Assembly (NCBI RefSeq): GCF_009914755.1
Contig: NC_060927.1
Direction: 5' to 3' (one strand)
Source of the DNA: the human T2T-CHM13v2.0 reference genome, Homo sapiens
DNA: 64,000 nt
Below, one piece after another: positions 43,241-56,228 of the stretch; position 1 is the stretch's first letter; every line of letters begins with the position of its first letter. The translations under genes and the position numbers were made by a program. A model generated the notes under the pieces. The model had not been told where the DNA came from, did no database searches, and saw only the letters and a list, made by a program, of their open reading frames with translations.

Positions 43241-43554
43241 CCTTCCCAGCTACAGACTTCCACAGCCAAGATTAAGACTTATTTACCCACCAGTTAACTC
43301 ACTCATTTCCAAAGACCCCCAGATTCTAGAGGACCCCTTCTTCATTTCGCTCTCCTCATCAAGTTCCTGGTATAGGGAAATAAGTCATCACCATGACTTA
43401 AACAGTATGGACTGTTTTGTTTTGTTTTGACATCAAAGCAACCAAAACAGAATAGAACTAAAAGAAAGCAAGGTTTAAACTTTTAGTCCAGTTTCAACTC
43501 CAGTCTCAGCAAAGCTCTGAGAGAAGAGAGTTTTATGGTCAAAAATGTTTGGGG

Positions 43555-44170
43555 CTCTTCCCCTAAATGGCCTGAGGTGAAAATGGTTCACCATTCTCTT
43601 GACCCAGAAACCCCCACAAAAAGCATGCAAATTGACAGGTTAAAATTTTCATTTTCACTGCAAGAACACCTGTGGAACCACCCAGGCCATCGAGGGTATG
43701 CAGATATGAAAGCCACCAAGTATCTAAAAGATGTCACTTGACAGAAGCAATGTGTGCCATTCCAAAGCTACAACAGTGGAGTTGGTAGGTGTGTCTGGGC
43801 CAAACAGTGGGGCTGGACACTGGGTCGGTGGCCCAAAAAGAGTGCTAAATTTTTGCTGCACATGTGTAAAAATGCAGAGAGTCATGCTGAACTTAAGAGT
43901 TTGGATATAGATTCTCTGGTCATTGAGCAGATCCGGGTGAACAAAGCACCTAAGATGTGCTACAGGACTTGCAGAGCTCACACGGTCAGATTAACTGATA
44001 CACGAGCTCTCCCTGCCACATCTAGATGATCTTGACTGAAAAGGTACAAATTGTTCCTAAAGCAGAACAGAAAGTTACTCAGAAGAAAAGGATATCCCAG
44101 AAGAAACTGAAGAAACAAAAACGTATGGCACAAGAATAAATTTGGCATAAAATAAATCCAAGTAAAACAA
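43555..44170 (+). pseudogene. RPL17: Processed pseudogene of 60S ribosomal protein L17 (uL22)
   Basis: Intronless copy from the 5'TOP CTCTTCCCCT; ATG 43583 (MVHHSLDPE; parent MVRYSLDPE); [51 protein letters not shown]; stop TAA 44137-44139; AATAAA 44151; frameshifts; degenerate TSD AAATGTTTGGGG/AAATGTCTCGAG. The symbol is that of the parent gene. Confidence 0.96.
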
Positions 44171-44664
44171 TTTTAAATGTCTCGAGAACACTACAAGCTA
44201 TGTCCTCTTCTCAGAGAGCCCTGAAGTTTTAACATATTGAAAGCTCTGATCTTGCCAAAGAACTCCACTTAACTTCAAAACACACCCTCCACACACATCA
44301 TGATCAACTGAGATCTTACTGAACCAGAATCCTAAATGGCATACTTCAGGAACAGGGGTCCAGAGAAGCAGTTCTCAAAGTGCAGCTTAAAAAGAAACTG
44401 AAAACCCAATTCATGCAAGACCTAGGGCTTATTTTAGAGCATTTTCCAGTGCAGATTGGATCCAATCTAAACACATAGAATTAAATTACGAAAAATGATA
44501 CAGACTATTACCTACCAATCACCCACTAAAGGACACCCCAGGGATCCCTAACTCCACTCTTAAAGTTTAGGAAGACATCAGCACTCTTTGTGGCCATGCA
44601 TTAATTTGCTCAACCCTTTCCTTCATCTGAGTATTTCCTCTGCCCATTGAAATCCTTGGGCATA

Positions 44665-44992
44665 GGCGGGGCACGGTTGCTCACACTGTAATCCCAGCAC
44701 TTTGGGAGGCCGAGGTGGGAGCATCAAAAGGTCAGGAGTTCGAGACAAGCCTGGCCAATATGGTGAAACCCCGTCTCTATTAAAAATACAAAACTTAGCT
44801 GGGTGTGGTGGTGCACGCCTGTAGTCCCAGCTATTCAGGAAGGTGAGGCAGGAGAATCACTTGAACCCAGGAGGCGGCGGTTGCAGTGAGCTGAGATTGT
44901 GCCACTGCATTTCCAGCCTGGGCAACAGAGGGAGACTCCATCTCAAAAAAAAAAGAGAAGAGAAGAGAAGAAAAAAGAAAAGAAAAGAAAGC
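44665..44992 (+). mobile_element. AluS with GAA-rich tail
   Basis: TSD AATCCTTGGGCA. Confidence 0.94.
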
Positions 44993-45009
44993 AATCCTTG
45001 GGCACATAG

Positions 45010-45230
45010 AGTGTCGTGGTTAAGATGATGGGCCCCTGGAGTAACGCTGAACTTGCTATCTGACCATCACTTACTATACATGTCAACTAATCTCACTAAG
45101 TTTCACCACCTTTATCCAAAAATGAGCATAATAATAATATCTACCACACTGGAATGCATGAGATAATTCTCGTTTAGCTTTGGCACAGTGTCTGGAACAG
45201 AGTAGGCACTCAAAAAATGCCACCTATTGC
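45010..45230 (+). mobile_element. MIR
   Basis: GTGGTTAAGA..CACTTACTA..AAAATGAG.ATAATAATA..GCACAGTGTCTGG..AGTAGGCACTCAA. Confidence 0.7.
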
Positions 45231-46349
45231 TACATTTTTCATCATCCAATGCATCAGATCTTAAATTAACCAATTTTAGTTTCCAGCCGGGTCCAAACAC
45301 CTCAACATATTTCTACCACATCACTCACAACTGCACCAATTTCATGTCTTTGCTATGCCTTTGCACTGCCAGACTGAAGAACTTGATGTGTTAAGTTCAC
45401 TCCCATGTGGCAGCTCTTAGCTCTTCCTCCCCATCTGTTCCAGCCACACCTGTCTCGACCTTCTCTGGTTCCAAATGACAACCTGAATTTTAGAAGTTTC
45501 ACAGTCTTTTACGAAAGGTAAGTTTTGCTGTTTTGCTTCCAGTATCATTCAGGATGCCAGCCAATAGTTTGCTGGCCTTGTGATCCGCCAGACAAGTTAA
45601 CCTGCAAAGCCTATCAGATTCTTTTGTCCTTTTCTGGTTCAAAGATGAAAAGCAGGTAGACAGCCGGGCTAAAAAAGCTTAAATCTTTCTTTTATAAAAT
45701 TTGGGAATAAAAGCCTCAAACCAGTAGTAACAATGCCACTTGTTACTTGGCAACAACACTTCATTTGCCAAGGTCAGAAGCCATCGAAACTGACTTTGTG
45801 CGTGGGTAGACATACACAGAGCAAAGGAACAGGGACCAGGCAGCTATAAATCCAGCAGCCACCAGCCCCTCCAACAGAAGGCAGTGGCTATGTGAAAGTA
45901 TTATTTTCAAGATCATCACTAGAATCTATGAAAATGACTCCTAAAGTTGGCTAGAGTCTGCCTGAAAACTAGTCTTATTCTAGGATGCAAGCCCTTATGT
46001 AGTGCGGTCTCAAGTGAATAGCAGCTGGAAAGGGAAACTTCACCCCAAACTCTGCAAAATTGCAAATCAAGGGCAAAGTTGAGACAATGGATGCAGGTTT
46101 GGCCTTTGAGTGACCTTAGTAAGTTACTTAGCTACTCTAACCACACTTCATTTGTAAAACAGGGGTCATGATCTAGATCTTCCAGAGTGTTATAGTTAAA
46201 TGATGCTCTGCCACCAGATTCATAATAGGGCCCCACAAAGGTCCTTATAGTAAGTCTGAGTAGCAACTGCCTCAAAGTACCAGCAGTCATGATCACCAAT
46301 ATGTTTTGAGCACACACTCTGTAAAAATATGTGCTTTCGCCTTGTAACA

Positions 46350-46517
46350 GTTCTGAAGCAGGTTCTGTTATTATTGCCACCACAGATGGCATTAACTGAA
46401 GGTCTGAGAGGTAAAGTAACTTACCCAAGGCAGGTAGGAAATGGTACAGCTAGAACTCAGATCCAGGCAGTCTAATTCCAGGGCCTATGGTCTTAGCCAT
46501 TATACCACATTGCCTCT
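46350..46517 (-). mobile_element. MIR
   Basis: AACTGA.G.TCTGAGAGGTAAAGTAACTTACCCAAGG..CAGGCAGTCT..TTCCAG. Confidence 0.75.
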
Positions 46518-47059
46518 GTGAGGAAGCATTAAATACATATTTGAAAGGATGGATGGGTTGACAAATATAATTATCTGGTGCTTTCATCCTCTGGGGTCCT
46601 ACTCCCCCAAACAAAGGAAAGAAACATTGACTTGTCCTTTCAGATTACAAAGAATAGCAATGTCTTACAAAAAAAAAAAAAAAAAAAAACCCTAAGCACA
46701 TTTGTTTATACCAATTTTAGGACAATTATTTCCTAAACCAAATTTTTACTACCCTGAAGTTCGGTACTTATGAAAACACTGCCAACATAATGAAATGACT
46801 GTGCAAAAAGCAACAGCTGATCACTAGAGGCAATTTTCTTTCTTATAAATACAAAAATCCTATCAGCTAAAAGAATGTAGCATGACAAATCACAAATCAG
46901 AGACAGAGTCTTCTACATGAGGATTTAAAGCTCAAGAATTTCAATGTACTTAATAACATAAAATCTGAGGCAGATGGCTCAATGCTTTAGAATTCCCAAA
47001 TTGTTAAGGGTATCCTGGATGGAAATACCCTAGCTAGGTTTCTATTTCTTTTCTGGCCG

Positions 47060-47073
47060 GCACCACCTGGTGG
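47060..47073 (-). promoter_or_regulatory. Candidate CTCF core motif
   Basis: Minus strand CCACCAGGTGGTGC versus consensus CCACYAGRKGGCRS (one mismatch), in non-repeat DNA; motif match only. Confidence 0.4.
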
Positions 47074-47579
47074 TTTTTTTTCCTCTAAAATCTAAGTCCA
47101 CACAGGCCATAAAATTAAGATCTGGACAGCATTCTTGTTGTCAAAGTGATCCACGGAAGAAATCTTTAATTTCATATTCATATAATTCTAACTAACATAT
47201 TAAACAAATTTTATTTTTATCCATATGGAGATAGTCTCATCTCTAGTGCATTTTCTTAAATATATTTATCAATGTGTATGATAAATATCAAAATACATGA
47301 ATTTAAAATCCCGAGAGTACTCTTGAGCTTACACATCATGGGGAACAACCAACACATCATTCAACTATCATTCATTCATCCTCTCAATCGTTTATTTATT
47401 CTTTTATGCTAAGGATGCAGAGATGATTTTGTATAAGTTAAATGTGCTTTTGATGATGAAATTCCACTGGGTACTACGCTCTTCACTATTTTACAAGTGA
47501 GGACACTGAAGCTCAGCCTAACTAAGGAATTTGTCTCACGTCACAGAAATAGCAGAGCTGGGATTTAAATGTAGTTTTG

Positions 47580-47693
47580 GAACCAAGCATGGTGGCTCAC
47601 ACCTGTAGTCCCGGCAACTTGAGAGACTGGGGTTGGGGTATACCTTGAGTCCAGGAGTTTGAGTCCAGTTTGGGCAACACAGTGAGACTTCAA
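47580..47693 (+). mobile_element. Fossil Alu monomer (FLAM/FAM-like)
   Basis: Single diverged monomer ending CAACACAGTGAGAC. Confidence 0.7.
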
Positions 47694-48692
47694 CATTTTG
47701 GTTGATCTTGGATAGCTCAGAAGTGATCAATACCCTTCCCCGATAGAAGAACAAAGGAGACAACCAGAGAATAAGAGTTACCCAAAGGACAGGAAATTCA
47801 TTTCCCCAATTTATTGCCAGAATTAAAAAGAAGAAGTCAGAAGCATTCCACTTTGTCAGACCACGTGTCTCTGTTTGGTTTACTGGAAGAATGGTGAACA
47901 TGGGGAACTGCATGTTATCCTAAATGAAACTTCATATAAAAGAAAACCAAATGAGAAACATATGGAAGAATTAAAGTGGCGAGCTAAGTGAAGCAAAGCG
48001 AAGCAACTTAGAATGTTTCGTATCCTACGCTGGTTCTGAGCAGGCTTAATAAGAAGCTGACATCGATATCTGATGGCCTGAGAATCTACTTCAGCACTGA
48101 AGTACACTTACTCCTGGCCCCATGGACCTATTATTGTTCAACTTGCAATAATGGGACACTTCCAAAGAGCTGACAGGCAATCTTTAATTAAAATACACTG
48201 AAAATAACTTGAGGCACAGTTTGCACAAAGAAAACAACTGCTCTCTTAAGTTACCCAACATAAGTTGTATTCTTTTTTTTTTTTTTATTTTCTTTCTAAG
48301 CTGAGAGTTTTCACTGAAGGGAAGAAACTGATTTTACAATTAATTAAGAGATGAAAAACCTATAGCTTAGCAGTTAAACACCTGGGTCCTAGACCCAGAT
48401 AGGCCTGAGTTTGAGCCCAGTCACCTGCAAGCTGAATGTTCTTGATCGTTATTTAAACTCTCTTAGCCTCAGGTCCCCCATCTTCAAGTGGAGAAGACTT
48501 CCTGCCATAGTACACACCACAGCAGATCACCAAATGTTTCCAGCTCTCTGCTGCTGTGGACACTTCCTGGCTTACTGATTTGTGAGTGAGTGGGGCCATG
48601 TGATTGGTTCTAGCCAGTGAGTTGTATGCAAAATGAAGCAAATCACTTGCACTCCAAACACTTAACTGGCAGCTCAAGACTATTCAGAGCAT

Positions 48693-48694
<2 letters not shown>

Positions 48695-48734
<40 letters not shown>

Positions 48735-49017
48735 AGATGGAGTTTTGCTCTTTTTGCCCAAGCTGGAGTGAAGTGGCGCAATCTCGGCTCACTGGAATCT
48801 CCATCCCCAGGGTTCAAGTGACTCTCCTGCCTCAGCCTCCCGAGTAGCTGGGATTACAGGCATGTGCCACCACGCCTGACTAAGTTTTTGTATTTTTAGT
48901 AGAGACGGGGTTTCGCCATGTTGGCCAGGCTAGTTTTGAACTCCTGACCTCAGGTGATCCACCCGCCTCAGTCTCCCAAAGTGCTAGGATTACAAGCATG
49001 AGTCACTGCACCTGACC
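48695..49017 (-). mobile_element. AluS with T39 tail
   Basis: TSD CAGA(G/C)CATTCTTTT. Confidence 0.95.
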
Positions 49018-49160
49018 CAGACCATTCTTTTCCCTTCTGCACAAACACCAGCAATGTTGGGTAGCCTCTTTGTCAGTCTGAATGACAGTGATGAGCACAG
49101 TCCATCTCCCTACCATTGACCTATTTGCTGCACAAGTATCCTAAGCTAAAAGTAAACTTT

Positions 49161-49256
49161 CATATATATATATATATATCATCAAATATACATATATATA
49201 TATCATCAAATATACATATATATCATCAAATATACATATATACACATATATATATC
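49161..49256. repeat. (TA)n-derived minisatellite with three ATCATCAAATATACAT units
   Basis: Seen directly. Confidence 0.9.
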
Positions 49257-49957
49257 TCACTGGGATTTGAGGGTTGCTGGTCTGTTATTGTTAGATGTCT
49301 AATACTGACTGATAAACTACTTCATAAGCTGGTTGTAACAACTAAATGAAATAAAGAATAAAGCCTGGTAAGATGTCTGTAAGTGCTTAATAAATGACAT
49401 TTTGTTGCTGCTGTTAAGAAACAAGTATTTCTTCTACACAATGGTTAGACTGTGTATTTTTCATCACATCTAACGAAGGAAGAACATTAACTGAGCTAAA
49501 ATACTTTCTCCTTCCTTTTTCCAGGTTCCACTAAAGATTTGATGTCAGTGTTTGGGAATCTACAGAAATTTAACCCCAAAGAAACCAGCTCTCCCTCTCT
49601 AGATTCAACTTTAAACTGCACAATTTCTCTGAAATGCAGATAAATTAGTCACTTTACTAATTTGGTTCAAAGCAAGAATATGTATCTGAAATTAATTTAT
49701 CAATTATGTACTATATCATTTATATACTATTATGATCTAGGGTCATACCCTATATTTTTTTCTAAATCACTGATATTAGAAGTGAAATAAAACATTACCA
49801 GCCAAACTTGTTTGAATACCCTATTTCTTTATATATATAAAAAAATAGTGCTAATTTAAATGTATGTTACAGAACATACTAAGAGTTTGAACCCATGTGT
49901 TTGTGTCATGCTGTAAATTATGGTAAATGCAGTCCCCTTCTTTTGCAGTATACAAAC

Positions 49958-50136
49958 TAGAATGACCAACTGTCACAATTTGCCTAAGTCTTGACCACTT
50001 TTAGTATGGAAAAACCTGGAAACCATATGCAAACTTAATCCCAGTTTGCCCGGCGCTTTCTGGGTTTTAAAACTGAAAGTCTTGCATCCCAGGAACACTC
50101 TCAATCCAGGGTAAACCAGGATGGCTAGTCATCCTA
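49958..50136. mobile_element. MER81/MER94-like (hAT-Blackjack)
   Basis: TAG..TGACCAACT..TCCCAGTTTGCCCGG..CTGAAAGTC..CATCCCAGGAA..GTCATCCTA. Confidence 0.65.
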
Positions 50137-50504
50137 ATGCAAAGATATCCTTGAAGTGTCAAGATAAGCAAGACACCTCTTCCTGGAATGTAAAGATACA
50201 AGGGAGGAACATTACATCATCTAAAAGAGTTTTCCATTAAAACAAAGATATATAATAGAATACGATATAAACTCTGGATGAACTTTTAGAATAGAACTCA
50301 AGCTGTCAAAGTAATGTTGGGCTTTTTGTCCTCTGTTTTTACAGGGGCACACTGGAGAAAAAGACCAATAAGCAGTGCTTTAGAAGAAAAGCCACCGACA
50401 CAGAAACAACCAGGATGCAACGTTCACTCCCTCCCTTACTTTCTCCACGGCTGAGAACAGTCATTAACCTTGCTCTAGGCCCCAGTCAGGCTACCTTTAT
50501 TTTA

Positions 50505-50812
<308 letters not shown>

Positions 50813-51158
50813 TGCCTCATTAGAAGGCAGGGACTTAGCTTTGTTCACTGCTGTATGCCTGGTACCTAGAACTATGCCTGGAGTTTGACTAAATGAGTAA
50901 TTAAATCTCTCAGCCAGGGATAAAACTAATATCCACATCAGGATTGTTGACGCTATCAAAGAAGATCATATACATAAAAGTGCTCTGCATATTAACAAGA
51001 ACTGTACAAAAGTGACTATTATCTTGCAGATCTCTTGATTACCTTATTTTCTCCCACACAATGACTTATGAGTATTACATTGTTGCCTTATTTGGATTTT
51101 GATGGGCACTGGTGATGGAGTGTAAGCTTGCAAACTAAATAAAAAAAAATCTGTTAGG

Positions 51159-51510
<352 letters not shown>

Positions 51511-52195
51511 TCAAAAATATACAGGCAGAAGTCGAATGTTTATGTTCAGTAATATAAAAAAGTTTAATCAAAGAAGTTTTAGAACATATGCATCATAAGG
51601 AGGAAGATATTGCATAGTTTTGATCTGCGAAAGAGGCAAGAACGGGGGAAGAATTTGAGAGGAATGTGGATAAAGGCCAAAAGTTGAATCATATGGGGAA
51701 GGTTTTTAAGTAGGAATAAAAGCGAATACATTGAGCTGGAAGTGGGAAGGCTCAAGGAATTGTGGGCCCAAGGCAAACTTGTCAAACCAGGAAGATATCT
51801 GGTAGGGCTGTAAACAGCCTAAATACCAAGCAAGTTCATGCATCATCACTACCTATATCTGTCCTCCTTGGTGGCCCTATCATAAGGAAGAAATCCTTGC
51901 CAAGGTTATCCTGCTGGTGTCTTCCACAAGGTAACAAGGTAGCTGGCGATGGAAGTAGCATTGCTGTCTAGGATGGGCTCTCTGCACCTGGCCAGCATCA
52001 GTTTTGAGCCTCCCCAGAAAGGAAGAGGAGGGTAGTGAGCAAACATATCTTGCTTGTTACTATTGCTCTCACGTTGTGTTTCAGATGGTGGAACAACATG
52101 TAAAACTCTACCCAGTAGGTAAACACTAGACAGACGTGCGTATATACACACACCTCCATTACCATAAAAATGTTTGAAGACACACTTGACACCAA

Positions 52196-52937
<742 letters not shown>

Positions 52938-53496
52938 TTAAAAATAAGTCTTCAGATTAATGATAGCCCAACCCAACATGATGTGGTAAACAGCTCAACT
53001 GAAACCATAAACATCACCTTGCTTGTGTGATATAAATAGTTCTATAAGTACATGTTTAATGCATTGATAGGTAAATTCCTAGTAGGGCAAAGATAAGATC
53101 TTAATTCATTCACCTATGCATACTTTGTGCTGACGAAATTTTTAACACGAGTTCCATCCCTCAAATGTTTCAATATCAAAAGTCTAAAATGCATACCATG
53201 CTTTTACCAGCTGCTGGGAAGTTGGAATGTATCAAAACGTATTCATTTCTCAGTTCTGCCCACACTAACCTCCCCATTAACTTAATATTAGGGAGACAAG
53301 CAATGAATTTCTGGATCAGTAAGTAAAACCTGAGACGTATCCAAAAAAGGGCAGCTGAATGCAAGGAAACAAAAGCAGTCTCTATCCTCACAAGACCATA
53401 TTTTATTAAATGATTTCAAAATGCTTCTCTCTGTTTGATGCATTTTGCTGCTGATACTCAATATGGAAGCCTTCCAGGGAGAAAGTGGTTATCTCA

Positions 53497-53847
<351 letters not shown>

Positions 53848-53890
53848 CTAATCTTTTATTTAAAGGTTTAAAAAAAAAAAAAAAAGCATC

Positions 53891-53975
53891 GGCTACTCAG
53901 GAGGCTGAGATGGGAGGATCCCTTGAGGCCAGGCGTTTCAGAAGAGTCTGGGCAACAAAGTGAGACCCTGTTTCA
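53891..53975 (+). mobile_element. Partial Alu monomer (FLAM-like)
   Basis: GCTACTCAGGAGGCTGAG..GAGGCCAGG..CTGGGCAACAAAGTGAGACCC. Confidence 0.7.
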
Positions 53976-54990
53976 AATTTAAGACAAAACACAACAAAGA
54001 AGTAGCAGAAAGAAACAAGGAGACATGAGTACATGCAATACACTTTCTCCTTTTCACTCAAGGATTTTGCTGTCCCAGTAAATGTGACAGTGCTTTGTAC
54101 ATACAACTTTGAAAGAATAGGTGCATGAGGCAATAATGTGCCTCCATCTCTCCATGAAAATCCTGAGTTCTCCTCAAAAGCTCAGAAATTCCCATGCCAG
54201 CGTCTTCACAACCACCATTTCCATGTGATTAAAATAAACAGCCACCTTTTCTGAAAAATGGATAACTTTGCAATATGTTCATGGAAAAGCTCAATGCTGT
54301 TCTTACAAATACTACTCAAGGAAGTTTTGTTTGGAAGAATTTGAATAAAATGTCCCACGAGAGGGTTCTGCAAATGAGGCACAAACCTAAAAACACAGCT
54401 AGTCTCTGTCACCTAAATGAGCTGCTGTGGCCTGGCTCATCTGGTAGCACCATGACTCGCAGTTCCTGCAAACCTCCCAGGGTGCAAAGCCATGACAGAT
54501 GGTCACACTACTGAAAGGGGAATACCTACAACCACAACCAAAGGGAGAAGTCCACAGAAGTCCACAACCAAAGGGAGAAGTATGACACCTTGGAAACGTA
54601 AACAGCATGCCCTAATCAAGGGCTGCAAAGTCAAACGTCTACAGGGACAAGGAAGGTAATATAAATAACTACGTACAACATCTGCTGGGTATTATGCAAG
54701 AGGGGATGGATGGTGCTGGCTGCAGCTGCAGAGGGTGTGCCACACCTGAAGCATAAAAATTATTATTTAAACTCTGGGCTGATAAAAACCTGCCCAAATC
54801 CGTGGGGGGCGGGGGTGAGTTTACAGCCTGAAGCACTTAGCACCCTAACCAGCAGACAGGATGTGCTCATTAAAAGATGCCATTATAAGCAGGAAGCCTT
54901 GTGAGTCCACAAGAGAAAAAAAGGCCTGTGAAATGTTTGCTTTGAGATCCGCAGAAAGAGATAAACAGTACCAAAGAAATGGGAGGAAAG

Positions 54991-55290
54991 GGCTTGGTGC
55001 GATGGCTCACACCTGTAATCCCAACACTTTGGGAGACAAGGCAGGAGAATTGATTGAGGCCAGGAGTCTGAGACCAGCCTGGGCAAGCTAAGACCCCCAT
55101 CTCTACAAATAAAATAAAGTAACTTTAAAAATAAAATAAAATAAAATGGCCCAGCATAGTGGCTTGCACCAGTAATCCTAACTACTCAGAGACTGAGGCA
55201 GGGGGGATCACTTAAGCCCCAGAGTTATAGGCTGCAGTGAGCAATGATGAGACCACTGCATCCCTGCCTGGGCAACAGAGTAAGACCTTG
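54991..55290 (+). mobile_element. AluJ
   Basis: GAGGCCAGGAG..AGACCCCCATCTCTACAAA..GGCTGCAGTGAGC J-type diagnostics. Confidence 0.88.
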
Positions 55291-55719
55291 GAGGAGACGG
55301 GAGATGGGGAGGAGAGAGGGGAGGGGACGGGGGAGGAGAGAGGGGAGGGGACAGGGCAGGGGAAAGGGGAGGGTAGAGGGCAGGAGAGAGTGAAGGGGAG
55401 GGGGAGGGAAGAGGGGAGGGGAGAGGGGAGGGGAGAAGGGAGGGGAGAGGGGAGGGGAGAGGGGAGGGGACAGGGGAGGGGAGGGGAGAGGGGAGGGGAC
55501 AGGGGAGGGGAGGGGAGAGGGGAGGGGAGAGGGGAGGGGAGAGGGGAGGGGAGAGGGGAGGGGAGAAGGGAGGGGAGAAGGGAGGGGAGAGGGGAGGGGA
55601 GAGGGGAGAGGGGAGAGGAAGGGAGAGGGGAGGGGAGAGGGGAGGGGAGAGGGGAGGGGAAGGGAGAAACAGAGAGAGAGAAAGGAAAAAAAGAGAAAAG
55701 AAAGGAAAAGAAAAGAAAA
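55290..55719. repeat. Polypurine (GGGAGGGGAGAG)n minisatellite in the Alu tail position
   Basis: About 430 bp, almost entirely G/A; 12-nt period visible as GRGE/PSPL repeats in the ORF track. Confidence 0.95.
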
Positions 55720-56012
55720 CATAATTAAATAAAATCAGAAAGTAGGAGATAGCACATGTAGATTTGTAAGAACCAACACCGGATAGCCCATTAACCCCCA
55801 TAGATACATTGGCTCTGGTGGGGAAAAGCACCATGCCAATTCAAGCAAATGTGAAATGAAGCCCTTCATTCATGTGTATCCACTCACTCATTCTTTCCCT
55901 CACTTACGCAACAGCTAGTCACTGGAAGCTTCTCGCATGCCAGGCACCCCTGGCTCTGGCCTGAGGACATGGTGTTAGACCAACACAGGACTCTTCCAGA
56001 GCTTACTGTGTC

Positions 56013-56228
56013 CAGCACTGACCAGCAGAATTTTCTTGATGATGGATGTATTTTAGATCTGCTTTGCCCTATATGATTGCTACATGTGTCTACTGAGCAT
56101 TTGAAATATGACTATGGCAACTGAGGGACTGGGTGGGAGGAGTATTTTATTATGTTTAATTTTAACTAACTTATATTTCGATTTAAATAGTCACATATGG
56201 CTAATGGCTACCATAGTGGATAGTAAAG
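56013..56228. mobile_element. MER3, adjacent to an L2 fragment (about 55860-56010)
   Basis: CTACTGAGCATTTGAAAT.TG.CTA..TTTAAATAG.CACATATGGCTA.TGGCTACC. Confidence 0.75.

Larger units (their letters stand above)
48515..49318 (+). mobile_element. Old MLT1 (H/I/J-like) LTR, inserted in a MIR and containing an Alu and a TA-rich repeat
   Basis: GGGGCCATGTGA.TGGTTCTAGCCA.TGAGTTGT..CACTGGGATTTG.GGGTTG..CTGACTGATA. Confidence 0.65.

Noticed and set aside
43535-44029. RPL17-like ORFs as a functional gene
   Set aside because: Intronless, frameshifted and diverged: processed pseudogene
55208-55834. Pro/Ser-rich and Gly/Arg/Glu-rich ORFs of 163-208 aa
   Set aside because: Artefacts of the stop-free polypurine repeat
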